A stretch of 63,273 nt of DNA, filler included, from Rhabdomonas costata (GCA_019059605.1; 38 parts of 38 records of this genome joined end to end with filler, not necessarily neighbours in it), one strand, 5' to 3'. Counted from the whole stretch's first letter, positions 50,045 through 62,791 are shown. The notes: a model not told the origin generated them from the sequence alone. A program made the numbers and translations.

Positions 50045-51385
50045 AGCAAACACCATCAGCGCAGAGGTCAGCTTAGAGAGCTCCCGGTCGCCCATCCACC
50101 TCAGAGTGGCCTGAGGGACGTACACCTTCACCGTTTGCACCCCAGAGCTCTGGCCAAGGTCGGCCAGGGCCCACAGGGCAGCCGCGGTGATTCCTGGGTG
50201 CTGCCCTAAGTCCACGGTGAGGTGCCGCAGCCTGGAGCCCTCCCTGGCCAAGGGCAGCAGGGCTTGGGTGGCACGGTCGGTGAGCCGGGGGTTTCCACTG
50301 AGGGCGAGCCTTAGTGAGCGAAGAGTGGAGAGCCCAGCCAGGAAACTCAACCCAGCGTCGGATATTTTGCACTTGCGGAGGTTGAGCTCCAAGTTAGTCA
50401 GTGCAGGGCACTGGATAAGCCCCGAGACCACTTCCGCACCGGTGTCCCCAAGCGGGCTGCCAGTGAGGTTCAGGGTTCCCGGGTTCGGATTCGGGGCGAG
50501 CGGTCCCCAGAACATTCTAGTCTTATGCCCCAAAATGCACGACCTTCCGTGGACGAACATCGGATGTCTTTTTCCGATTTCATTTCGAAGTGCGAGATTA
50601 CGACGATACACCCACCTAGATATTCTACCACTGGCGAAGCGCTAGGCTTTACCCCCACCTCCAATGTAGCTGGTGCCCTGTTCTTCGGGCCGGACGTTCC
50701 CCGAAACCCGAACCCATTTCAACACCACTTTGGACACCATGGGCATGGAGGTCAGAGCTTGCACAAGGCAGCGGACGGCACCTGCAGATACCCCAGCGGA
50801 CTTCACCGAGAGGCTTCGCACCGCACTGAAGCACCCCAGGAACTCCGCGCCAGCAAAACTAGGCTGGCTTCTCACCCGCATCCCAGCATCACACAGATTC
50901 CCGCTCAACCGAAGGTCAGTGAGCGCCAACGACCCCTTCAGAGGGCTCAAGGCCCACCGCAGTGAATCCGGGGAGAGGGCGTCGTTGCCCTCCAGCTGCA
51001 AGCCAAGACTAACGATCCTGGAGTTCTGTGCTACCGAGGCCAGGTGGTGCACCCCTTGGGATGAGAGGTCATTCTCACGAAGATCCACGAGCAACGCTGT
51101 CAAAGCGGGGCTAGCCTTCACCCCGGCTGCGAGGGAAACCACAAAGGCGTCCCCCACCCCACACCGCGGCAAGTGCAAGGTGAGCTCCGACAGCCGAGGG
51201 GCCGTGAGGGCCCGAGCCAAAGGGCCAGCCGCTGGAAAGCCCCCCGTGGCGTACACATGGAGGCTCTTCAGAGAGACCGACTTCCCCAGCCGCCCAAGGG
51301 CGGCGTTCCAGATGGGATCGGGTCTGCCCGAAACGGAAACAAATCCGTAGCCCATGCAGCTGTTGCTGCCGCGGTTGCAGACCAC
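50045..51385 (-). CDS. RNI-like leucine-rich repeat protein, partial, interrupted by a 249-nt insertion
   Basis: Repeats LSELTLHLPRCGVGD, LTALLVDLRENDLSS, LTNLELNLRKCKISDAG and LRSLRLALSGNPRLTD; the two ORF-track ORFs are in the same frame. Confidence 0.85.
50472..50720 (-). other. Candidate nonconventional (non-GT/AG) intron or MITE-like insertion
   Basis: Removal gives VSKVVL|NLTGSPLGDTG in LRR register; contains an in-frame stop; ends are complementary; TGAA is repeated at both junctions. Confidence 0.7.
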
Positions 51386-51718
51386 AGGGGGTTGATGTGT
51401 AATTTACATGGCACTGGACCGATATGTGAGCAGTGGTTCCCCACAGCGCGAAAGTTCGTTCATGATAACATGACAAAACGGTACCAATTGGAAACGTTTT
51501 GCCTATTTCTCCGGTGGTGCAGGCTTGAATCTGAAATGCACCCACCGCTGCGATAGTGCCCTCGAAAGAGCGGAAAGAAAGAGCAGGAGGACACACGTAA
51601 GAGTTCCCAAANNNNNNNNNNNNNNNNNNNNNNNNNNNNNNNNNNNNNNNNNNNNTTAATTAATTAANNNNNNNNNNNNNNNNNNNNNNNNNNNNNNNNN
51701 NNNNNNNNNNNTGTTTGT

Positions 51719-51798
51719 GGGTGGTGTCTCGTTCCTTCCAACGCTGATCCTTCCACCGCGGTGGAAGGATCAGCGTTGGAAGGAACGAGACACCACCC
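51719..51798. repeat. Perfect 80-bp palindrome at contig start
   Basis: Centred on ccgcgg 51756-51761; no loop. Confidence 0.95.
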
Positions 51799-54700
51799 CA
51801 GAACATCATCACCCCAAATGGCAACCTCAAAGATCGTTTGGTGGCAGCTACTTTTCTACATCTTTACTTTTTTACTACTTTTCTAGTGCCTCATACTCGC
51901 CGGAAACCAGACTACAACCCGAGACGCAACTAGAAAAAAGAAAAAAAGCAGACCCATCCAGTTTTGTCAATGTTTGGGCACCAAATCACTGCGCACTAAA
52001 ATGTACCAGTGGGTGGTGTTCAAAGTTCCGGAGCATGCAAAAGCAGCAAAGGAAGAAATGGAGATGTGTAGAGGACAATACGGGTAGCATCAACGGAAAA
52101 AACAATGCGCAAGGAGTGGATCAGTATTGGAAGGGACCGATTAAGAGCGCATATGGATCTGGCACCAATGACCCCCCCCCCTCATAATGGTGACTGCTGA
52201 CAACGGTTCCCACTGAATAGGAGCGATGGAGGAGTGGGCGAAGACTTGCATCATCTTCCCTGTCCTCGGGGGTTACTTATCACACAGGATCTGAGTGAGG
52301 AGGAGAGGTCTGCGTGGGAAGGAGGGAAGGAAGGCAAAAGAATTGCACCGGGCAGTTGGGGTCGTAGTGCGGGTTCCATGATGGCGGCGGGGGCGCCGTC
52401 CGGGTAATCTTTCGCACCTGTGCGATGGGAGATAGGGTGGAGTAGGTCACAGCTCAGCCCTCAGCAGCACCAAAGACAGGCATAGGCATAGGCTCACTCA
52501 CTCACTCACTCTTATGTTCTTACAGTTGACCCACGATCAAAGTAGCTCAAAGACGAAACAAGCAAATAGATTCATTACTGCTGCCGCGAATTCGACAACC
52601 CACTTCCCTTGACTCAATGCAAGCACAAGCTTATTCCAGCTGTCAACCTACGCGAAGTGTAAGCGCCCATCCAGGCTCAAGAGCGTCGCATTTGCTCGAT
52701 TTGCTTCGGAGAACGGTGCATGACATGGGGAAGAAAGGAGGATGACACAGAGATATTTTGCATACGAGCGGGGGGTTAGCAGTTACTAGCGGTAATAAAA
52801 AAGTGACTTAAGCGAATTGAAGTTTAACAAGTGAATTAATGTTTAATAAGCCGAACTGTGCCACCGACCCGTAAACGGGGTTGATCAGATGTTTGGGGAG
52901 TTAACAAAGGTGTAGAGCATCGATCGGGTCGACTGGCAAACGTTGTCATCAATACAGCCTCGGAGAGGCGAGACACACGCAGTGATAGAGAGAGAGGGTG
53001 CACCCGGTTTCACAGCCTGAAGACTCAACGAACGGAGTCCGCAAGCCACTGTTTTGCACAAGAAAGCAAGTCAAGAAGTGCCAACCGAAGCTCTCCGACG
53101 TCTGCTTCCCGAAATGGTTCCAAGAATGCCCGCGGAAAGAAGGGCAGGGTCCGACCACTCAGACAGGCCACACCCCCGCAAGGCAGCAGTGAGCCCCTCG
53201 CGGCAACCTAAGTAACCACCCGACAACGATCAACGATCGGCTGCTGTCTCCACCGCTAACGCGGCACCAAANNNNNNNNNNNNNNNNNNNNNNNNNNNNN
53301 NNNNNNNNNNNNNNNTTAATTAATTAANNNNNNNNNNNNNNNNNNNNNNNNNNNNNNNNNNNNNNNNNNNNACCTCTGCTACCAGATAAGGGGGCCAGGT
53401 CTCCCGAACCTCACGAAACAAATTAGAACAGACGTATTACAAATTGCACTTACATCGTTGATGTGGAACTGCTAATGGGAAACTCCCGCGGCCAATCCAG
53501 AAAAATGGTAGCTTCCAATTGCTTCAGGTTTCCGTTGGGGATGTAAGTTTCAGATCAAGTCTCTTGTGTATCCTTGGTTTGCCCACGCGCTTCTTTTAGA
53601 ATTTTACAATGTGTTCCTCTCTAATAATGAGCCCTAGATGTTTTTTCCTCCAGATTTAACCCAGTATGTTCAGGGTGCATTTACATCTTTCAAGTAATGA
53701 TGATGTGTTCGAGTGGTAGTTTTCGAGTGGCGGCAATCACGTCTCAATTTGGTCATGAGTGTGGCCACTTTTTTGAGCTGGAACCCGGTTTGGGGCGACG
53801 TCCAGTGTGGAATTCGTCCCGTCACTACTAGGTTCAACGCCGGCCGGCAGCAAACAAGCGCGAAAAAACCAGCGGTTGGTAGGTAACGGTAATAAAGCAT
53901 ATAGATCTGAATTACAGATTGATATGTACGAACAATCTTTTGCACACTGGCTGACAGGCCCAATATCCAAGCAAAAAGCGTCAAAAGTCGAAAGTAACCC
54001 GAACTTTACCTGGGCTCGATGGTCGTGTTTTCGGGTGAGGAAGCGGCAGGCACACGCAATAGCAATACCAGCAAGCGCGTCCCGGCAACGCACCATGTGG
54101 TTAGGGAAAGCTCGGAGGAGTGTGGGAAAAGCTGGGTCACAGACGTGATTCCACAAAACAGACAGGAAAGACATGTACCAGAGCAAAAAGAGTTGTTCGG
54201 ATGAAGGTTGCTATGCCGCGCGACAAACACTTTGACACAAAGCGGCAATACAAAGGAGGTCGCGGAAAGGTAGCGCAGAAAAACGTCCTGAATGACACGC
54301 GCATTATGAGGGGGCTCGGTGCCAAGTTTCCTACTTGCTTACTTTACAAAATACTTTCAGGATTTCGGCGGGAATTTAGTTTAAAGTCCCCTGCTTTCCA
54401 AATCCCAAAACGAAACTGTTCGAAGGAACCCAATCACACATTGTAACCTGGGTTCTTCAGATTGAAAATAAGACCTGTCTTGAGAGAATGGAGAACAATG
54501 TGTCAAAGCTTGGATAAGGAAGCCAAACGTGCACGAAAACATTAACAACAATTCATTGTCCTACGTTTTCGGGTCAAATCCGTTATTTTTGTGGGGATGT
54601 TAGCTGTGGTCTAGATTACCCTAAGTTTGGAATAAAACATAAAACATGAGTTGCGTCAATAAGCGTTTCGTGGAATGATCCTTGGCAGTGGGATAAGAAT

Positions 54701-55089
54701 TCGAGGTAAAAGGGGAAAGGACTTCATCAGCTTCCAGAAGTGGGCACGTTGGACACCCCGCGGCATTGCGCAGAAGCGGAAGCACAGAAGCAGCGGAAGC
54801 AAAGGAGCACAAAAGCGCCGAATTACTGATGGAAACATCATAAAAGCAGATAAATCTGTGAGAAGACTGTCAGATAAGAACGGTAGCGAGCTTCTATGGA
54901 ATTGTACAGATTCGGAAACTTTTGTTACGGACAAAAACCNNNNNNNNNNNNNNNNNNNNNNNNNNNNNNNNNNNNNNNNNNNNTTAATTAATTAANNNNN
55001 NNNNNNNNNNNNNNNNNNNNNNNNNNNNNNNNNNNNNNNTTGTGGGACCGTGTGCTCACGGTGGTGGTGGTGGGGCGCTTTTCTCCGAC

Positions 55090-55896
55090 CTCGCTGCAGG
55101 TCAGAGATGTAGGTGGAGCACTTCCCCAAGAGGGTCGAGCTAGGTTCCGTGGTGCGGACCTCCAGCTCGAGGTACTGCGTGGCCTCGTCCTGGACGGGTA
55201 CTATGAAGGTGTCGTTGAAGGTGGGCGCCCGGGTGAGGGGTTGCGGAGGGGAGCGTGCAGTGAAGTCTCCCATGGAAACCTGCGCGAAGGGATGGAAAAT
55301 AGTAGAGCGAATAGAAGAGCTTCGAGAGCACTGGTGTGCCCTTGCCAGCAGGTCGCGAAAAAAATGCGAAATGACATCAGCTCGCTGGAACAGAATCAGT
55401 TTGCTTAACCCTACCACACTCCAGCGCCGAGAAAGTTTTCTCTAAAACGCTGAAATATTTCGGTTGATGACGTTAAAGGTGTTACATCCACCCCACCCAG
55501 AATGCAACAGTGGCTACTTGGAATCAAGCGGAAAAGTAAAGCGCGAAAAAGGGCCATTGCTATTCAATTGAGATGTGGGGGAGGGACGCTGATAGGTGAC
55601 TCATTAAAATACATATCGGCTGCTGGGGTTATGAAACGAGGAGTCTCTGATCTCTCTCTCTCTGGCGATACGCACCGCAACGATGCACTCCCCAGTCTTC
55701 GTGGGGAGCCTGAGGTCGGTGGCCTTCAGCACGGCCACCACGAGCTTCTTGCGGTGGCCACTGAGGAACTTGTCCTCCGCGAGGGCCTCCTGGGGGCCCA
55801 GCGGGCCGGCAGGAGGGTGCCCAAAGTCCAGCGCCCGGATCCACACCAGCACCGCGCCCAGCCCCTGCACCCGGCACCACAGCTCCGATGTTCGGC
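55090..55896 (-). CDS. C2 domain protein, partial
   Basis: Exons 55896-55676 and 55279-about 55090: KLVVAVLKATDL...CIVA|VSMG...APTFNDTFIVPVQD...LELEV...LLGKCSTYISDL. Confidence 0.85.
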
Positions 55897-57303
55897 CTGC
55901 CACACCCCGCCCATCAGCCCATACCCAGCACACATACAAACACATTTGCACAATCGCTTAACGACACACAAGCGAAAGAAGCAACGCCCCAACAAGGCAT
56001 CGGTGAAGTGGACACAACCCACTCTATTGACAAGCACGACGATCAGACCTGCACTTGCCAAAGTTGCTCGGGTCACTGACACAATTGGAAATCACTGGGG
56101 AGATCCTTCATTTCCTCATTTCTTTTTTCACTCTCAGTTTGGAATCACAAAGATGGAGTGATTGGCGTGGCTGTCAGAAACACTCTACTTCTTCGATTTT
56201 ATCAATGACCTTCAGCCCTGCTTTTTCTCAGATTAAGTATCGGGTAGTCAAAAAAGTCGTTTTGGATGGTAGCAAGTTCAACTTCTGCCTTGGACGGCTC
56301 ATGCGGCCACGAAGAAATTCTATCTTTTGAACATGGAGATCCAAACGCAGCGAGCAGGAGCGGAGTCCCAGTTAACATTTGCTCGCGTTTGTGAGGGGTC
56401 TGCACGGTCTGAAATAATGTCTTGGGGGCCGGAACAACAAAACATAGAACACCTTCACAGATTCGACAGGGGAATTGATGCCATCTATGCTGGAGGGAAG
56501 CGAGAACAAGCAAGTGTTCAGCAGGACGCCTAGGGTATGCGTTGTGAAGAGGCCCACCTTGGAATGGTTGAAAATTTGAGAATTCGATCATGGTTAAAAA
56601 ACCNNNNNNNNNNNNNNNNNNNNNNNNNNNNNNNNNNNNNNNNNNNNTTAATTAATTAANNNNNNNNNNNNNNNNNNNNNNNNNNNNNNNNNNNNNNNNN
56701 NNNGGTGTGGTGGTAAAGGTATGCAAGAGTCCTGCGGTTCGCCATTTGTTGTGGAACTCGTCTCGCCTGTTTTCTCAGTGCCAACTTCGCCCCTATTAAA
56801 TTACCAATACATCGCCCCCCCGATTTCGGGGGTATGGGGCAGCTTGCGTTGATGCGGTTGTGCTTCGTGCTCTGTTAATATTGTTTGTGAAATGCACTGC
56901 GTGATGTTCTGTTTGGTTTCTTGAGATGCCACAAAAGTGACGCGCCGTTTGATTTCTTTGGGTATTGGTATGTGTGGGTGGGACAAAGGAAATGCTTATC
57001 CTTGGCTGCCGCATTCTATTTGCAATGCTCGAAGAACAATTCAGTGTCAACAAGAAGCTCGATGGAGTTCGATTTTTGCTCTTATTGTGATGCGGAAGAT
57101 CTTCATCACGTCTGTATGCATTGCAGGACTATCTGGGTCGGCCATTCGGTGGTTCTTTTGCCGTTATTTTATCATGTTGTCTTGTTATCATTGATGGGTT
57201 ATAGATTTGATATTTTATTATCCGAAACTAGGCTCACGTTTGCTCCTAATCCTTTGCTAGTGCCCAATCTTGAACAGTCTTTGAGGTTTGGGTTTCATTT
57301 CTA

Positions 57304-58162
57304 ATGGGCATTGCTGCGTCGGAGCTCGAGTGCGCCATGGGCCCGCATCCACGCGTTGTGAGCACTCCACACGAGCCGGCGATTCACGTCCGTGAGCTTC
57401 TCCAGACCGCCCGCACCGGTGACTTACTGATCATCTCTGGCACAAACCCCAAGCACAAGTTGATTCGGACGGTGTCGCTCTCCCGCTGGTCACACGTCGG
57501 GTTGATTATCCGGGACCCGGACCCGGAGCTGCTCCAGAAGTTTGGATGGACTGCACCTCACAGAGGACCGGGCATTTTGCCATACTGCCGGGCATATCTC
57601 AGCGAGAAAGTATGGTTACTGGACATTACTCCGGGTAAGTTCTCCCTTGCTCTTGGCCTTGCGCCTATTACGCTCTTCTTCAGGATATTTTTTGTCTTGC
57701 AGTCGACGGCAAAGGATATCCACGATAGCGGAGACGGCACAATGACCCCACACACACAACACGACACACTGCCTTCTCCATTTCTTATCTCTCCTTGCAT
57801 GTTCTGGTGCAACGTTCAACAGGCTCTTCACCACATGTGGTTGTAGGAGAGTCACAGAGTATTCTCTCTTTGGTTTGGTGCACGGCACTTCCTGGGGACA
57901 CTGCTGTTTTATTTCATTCGTTTCATAGCATCTGGCCGTCCTCAGCTGCGACCGCTCGTGGAGGCGTTTGCCGTATGGACCTCCATGGAATACCACGGTC
58001 CCGGCGTGCTCGTGGGATACCGGCGGCTGTCCGTCCCAGGAGGTGCCCTGGACCAGACACGGTGGCTCTTCTTGCGGCAGTGGTTGCTCGAGGTCGTGGG
58101 AAGGAAGTTTGTGTCATATCCAGAGCTTCTCATGGCAGTGCTCCCAGTCAACCAGGCGCTTC
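57304..58162 (+). CDS. Permuted papain-like NlpC/P60 (YiiX/YebB-like) protein, partial
   Basis: RTGDLLIISG...LIRTVSLSRWSHVGLII; exon 57304-57634 joins 57929 in phase 1; 3' end confounded by a fold-back. Confidence 0.7.
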
Positions 58163-58270
58163 AGACTCTCAGCCACCAGCTGGCTGCAGAACAACTTGCT
58201 GAGTTGGTCGCGGCGAAGCGCCTGGTTGACTGGGAGCACTGCCATGAGAAGCTCTGGGTATGACACAAAC
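58107..58270. repeat. Contig-terminal inverted repeat of coding sequence, 56-bp arms (1 mismatch), 52-nt spacer
   Basis: 58107-58162 vs 58215-58270. Confidence 0.95.
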
Positions 58271-58676
58271 CCNNNNNNNNNNNNNNNNNNNNNNNNNNNN
58301 NNNNNNNNNNNNNNNNTTAATTAATTAANNNNNNNNNNNNNNNNNNNNNNNNNNNNNNNNNNNNNNNNNNNNTGGTGTCCAGCTTCGCTTCCTCAACTCA
58401 AACAAGCTTCGGCCAGTCGTGCGGAAATTTCCTCCGGTTGTCCTGCGCATCATGAGCGAATGCCCTTTTGGCGCGTTGCAGGCTGTGCCTTCGTGAACGC
58501 GGTGGCTCAAATAAACGCCTCTCCAGAAGCTGACTAGGATTTCTATGGGGAGTGTTTGGGAGACCCTATCGCGAAGTCATCGTCCAACGTCCAACGTCCA
58601 TCGTCCATCGTCTTGCGAAAATTCTGGGGTTTTTACGCATGCTCTGCCGGACGCTGTCCTTTTGTTTGCTTGCCAG

Positions 58677-59655
58677 GAACTGACGATGAGGCCGCAACCG
58701 CGCTGGGACATGTGGCTCATGCTGTTGAATTGTTGAGCAAGATATGGGGGGTAAGTTTCACCAATTCCCCTTTCCGCGTCCTTGCTGAAATGCTTACATG
58801 GCCATTCCATGTGGTTTTTTATTATCTCTGCAGTGCAGCGTTTTGGACTGGGGGGTGATGCGTGCATTCCTGTACACTGCAATATAATTGCCCCCAACAA
58901 CCAACTCACGACGCTGCTGTGATGAAAAGTATGTATACATCATTTGGAACATCCGGAAAAGCGGTTTTGAGGAGGGGGGCGTTAAACGGCGATGAAGGGT
59001 TCCCAACAGAGGGCAATGCAAAAGGGTCAACTACCTCTAAATACAACTATGTTAGTGAAATGGTGTTTTTGTGACCTCTAGACGTGTATGTACATATTTT
59101 GCTTGTGTGGGGTTCGGAAATTTTTGACCGTTTAGCGGTGCTAAGCTTTTGACGCCCCCCCTCCTCCCAATACAAGAAGCCCAAAGTAGAGGGCTGCGGA
59201 TCAAAAGAAAATCATTTGCCTTTTTGCCCTTGTGTTCGACACAGATTCAGCTGAGATACCGGCTTTTCCCGATCTGCAGCCGATCATACGTCCAGGAGGA
59301 CTTCATTGATTGTTCTCCTGTGATGTGTGTCCTATTTTTGGGTTTTTTTTTGCCAAGAAAATTGAAAGAAATTAAGAGCTGTAGCAAGCAGGCCTACAGG
59401 TAGCCCGTCCAGAATGCACGCGCACGAGCGGGCGTTCGGGATACTTTGGTGTCATACATTCGATTCGTGGTTCCCAGCTGGAACCTGGGAACTTGTTTTA
59501 TTACCTTGCCATTGCTCCGCACCTCCACCTCCAGTTTCCCCTTACGTTTCCTTTTCCATTCCAGCCACCCACTGTTCTACCAGCGGGGCAATGACAAGAA
59601 CAGGTACTTCAAGTCTACATTCCTGCTCAACAAAGACCTCCACCAACTCATGCAA
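58677..59655 (+). CDS. UVRAG: UVRAG/Vps38 (Atg14-family) PI3K complex subunit, partial
   Basis: Exons 58677-58750, 59245-59324 and 59565-59655: ATALGHVAHAVELLSKIWGIQLRYRLFPICSRSYVQE...HPLFYQRG...FLLNKDLHQL. Confidence 0.8.
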
Positions 59656-61059
59656 GTTCGCGGACTCAGCACGCAGCGCAGGAAGTAGCGCTGCTTGATT
59701 CCCTCCCCGTTTCCTTTGCTCCTAATGAAATTGCCAGCGTGCATTCTCCCCCTTGCGCAGACACCAACGATGGACTCCTAAATCCATGCGATACTTGTGC
59801 TGGTGGCGCTCCTAGGCGCCAGTCATCTCAAAACTCCCACGAAGCCAACTGTGAAACTTTCGGGCTTGTCAGCGCTGAGGACTTTTCGGTTCTGGGAAAT
59901 AAAGTACCAGATGGTTAGATGTCCTGAGAAAAAAACAAANNNNNNNNNNNNNNNNNNNNNNNNNNNNNNNNNNNNNNNNNNNNTTAATTAATTAANNNNN
60001 NNNNNNNNNNNNNNNNNNNNNNNNNNNNNNNNNNNNNNNGTGTGGTGTGGTGCCGTTGAGGGAAGGGAAGGGTGGGAAGGGATGGGATGGGCACTGATTC
60101 AACAATCATTAGGAACATCCTTGATGACTGGATGTGTCCAATCAGAAGAAACACCAAGAACAGCTCAGTGGAAGCTGAGCACAGGAAGTCGAGAGAGAGA
60201 GAGAGAGAAACACAATGGGGCACAATTATCGCTGCTCGAAGATTTATTCTATTGCCCACACGAAACTGTTTGGCCGCCGCCCATGCAAAAATGCACACAC
60301 ACCCATCCAGAAAAAGGGTGGAAGTGTCAGTGATGCCGAGGCCGTCATTCAAATGAGTTCCCAACAGTTGTTCGAAATTTGATACCACAAAACATCCTGT
60401 CGGGAGGAAGTCTCCTGGACACCTGGGCACGTAGACACCCTATGATGCCCAGAACTGTTGGAGGGTATATTAATGCCAAAAAACAATCAGTATAACAACT
60501 TAGCTTTTCACTTAGTTTCGCCCCGAGTGAGAATGCACAGCCAGTCTGAAGCCTGTGGAAGGTCTGCAGAAAAGGAGAAAGATTCAACTCATGACCCCAA
60601 ACCATTCGCTTTTGCGTTGAAGCATGCCCTAACCGAGTCGGCACGTAGAATAAGGCTCCTTTCATTGCTCATGTTGACACTTTATGTTTTGTTGGAGCTC
60701 TGAATTGACGAAGCAAATCTCCGACAGTGGTTAATGGGCTATGGAGTTCTCCGAGGGCCGCCTTCAAAGTGCTTCAAATTTGGCTCTGAGTGTGCACAGT
60801 GGCAAGCAGGGCCTGGTGTGTACTGTCCAGAAGTGGCAGCTGTTATGGATGGTCCACTGCAGATCTCTAAGCTGATTGTATCCTTTATTGATATCTCATG
60901 GGGTTAGGAAGCGATGCGCGTGCCACCTAGATCAGTAAATTTCATCTCACATGTAGATATGAGGTTATGAAACGATGCAAGTGTCCACTAGATCAGTATA
61001 TTTTGTCTAGCATGTGGTAAGGAGGCGATGCACGTATCCCATAAAATTGTACACTTCTG

Positions 61060-61606
61060 AATGTATGTCAGATGTCATTCCAGAGAAGCTGCCACCAGTG
61101 TTACCACCACTTCGCATTGACTTCCCAGAGAAGTTTGGAATCTCAGATCCACGCATATACATACTTGCCCTCAGCAAAGATTCCAAGTTACAGCGTCAGC
61201 TGATTGACTTGATGGACCATCATTATATCAAGTAATTCACGTCCCCTAAGGCTTTTTGTCCAGAAATCCAACTTGAAACTACAGGTGGTTGTGGACTACA
61301 CACACATCAACAAGCTGACCATGGTAGAGAAGTACCACCTTCCGCGCATCAACGAGATACGTTATCAAGTTTATTTAGCTGGTTCTTCTCCAAGCTTGAC
61401 CTGCACTATGGCTTTTACCAGATCCTTGTCCATCCATACCTAGTGGAGCGCACAGAATTCAAAAAGAAGTACCGCACCTTTGCCTACCAGTTCATGCCGT
61501 TAGGAGTCTGCAATATACCTTCCACAATACAATAAAATTTATCTTCAAAAATATGAGAACGTTTTCAGGATCCTACATCGACGAAATCTTGAGCACCACA
61601 ACAACA
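61060..61606 (+). mobile_element. Ty3/gypsy reverse transcriptase pseudogene
   Basis: DVIPEKLPPVLPP, VVDYTHINKLT, YHLPRINE, FSKLDLHYGFYQI, MPLGVCNIPST and YIDE (mutated YIDD), with stops and frameshifts. Confidence 0.9.
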
Positions 61607-61878
61607 NNNNNNNNNNNNNNNNNNNNNNNNNNNNNNNNNNNNNNNNNNNNTTAATTAATTAANNNNNNNNNNNNNNNNNNNNNNNNNNNNNNNNNNNNNN
61701 NNNNNNGTGGTTGGTGGTATACCATTCACCTTTTTTTCCCTGAAAAAAAGGTGAATGGTATATCACCGCTCCAAACTTCGGTTGGCCTCAGGAAAAACAA
61801 CCTCCGGAGCGTGTCCCTCCTGTTTTTTCCTGTGCCTGTCCCCTTTTCCTTCCTTCCATGCGACTGCGCGTCCCGCAG

Positions 61879-62627
61879 GGGTTCACATCGGAACAACCAC
61901 GGACAGTACCGACGAGCGTGTGGCCTTGCCCGGCTCTCCCCCTGCCCAGCACCCGCCCGAAGTCCCTGTGCCACCGCTGCTCCCCGACTTGGTCAGCTTG
62001 GACCTCCCCATGGACGAAGAGCCCCAGGGGGTCATTCTGCAGGAATCGACCCTTTTCTGCGTGGCAGAATACCCTTGTGTACTATGGTCCACACTCTCAT
62101 TGCTCATGATCAACAGAGTTGAATGAAGAAAAGGAACCCTCCATGCCCCCGATGGGACTTCGCCCCCGCGTGCAGCGTGCAGAAGCAGTTCTGTGTCCTG
62201 ACCAGGTGCAAGCAAAAGGTCAGCACTGTACTGGAGGCAGGCGATGCGTTAACGAGTCACAAAGACAAACCCAAAGACAAAAAACAACAAACTGTTGGCG
62301 TCTGCCTCCACCTTTCCGCGGGCCGTTAGCCGTGATAGGGCTCGCGCAGGGTGCACCCTTGTCCGCAGCTGCTTTGCTTTTTTCAACTCTTGAAGGCTAC
62401 GTGGTACGTTTGTTCTCGCTCTCGCTCTCTCTCTCTCGCTCTCTTCTGCGCAGGGCATGGCAGTGGGTGGCTGTGGGGTTCTGCCTGGGCCCCCCTCGGG
62501 CACACCAAGCGCCGTGCAGGAGTTCTTGGCGGCTCGGGCGGTGGATGCGCAGGTGGGGCAGGTGATGCGGGCGATCCGGGACGAGGTGCTGCGGCAGTTC
62601 CACAACCACGGCAGCCAGGCATCCTGA
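61879..62627 (+). CDS. Hypothetical protein exons (from 61879; 62454-62627)
   Basis: Polypyrimidine-cag acceptors; GC3-rich frame ...AVQEFLAARAVDAQVGQVMRAIRDEVLRQFHNHGSQAS-stop. Confidence 0.45.
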
Positions 62628-62791
62628 GAAGGAAGGAGGGATGGGGGGCGGGAAACCCAGGCTCCTCCTTCCTCTGTTTGCTTTGCTCGCTGACTTTTCG
62701 CACCCAATTCTGCAGCGAATCTGCCCGTCCTTATTTCCTCCCACCGTCGGTTTCCCTCGAAGCTGGTGAATAGCCTGAATTATGTGTTGTA

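Noticed and set aside
57041-57108. Minus-strand GTGATGA...CTGA as a snoRNA
   Set aside because: No terminal stem, internal boxes or paralog.
58576-58612. (cgtccaw)n and other short duplications (29728-29782, 9781-9820)
   Set aside because: Ordinary slippage repeats in non-coding DNA.
60783-60800. tctgagtgt as a euglenid spliced-leader remnant
   Set aside because: Only 9 nt match; no T-tract or donor follows.
1570-61706. Regularly spaced TTAATTAATTAA as a CRISPR-like or biological repeat
   Set aside because: Always embedded in N44 runs; it is a concatenation linker.
62619-62620. GC donor after ...NHGSQ
   Set aside because: The frame stops two codons later, so this can simply be the last exon.
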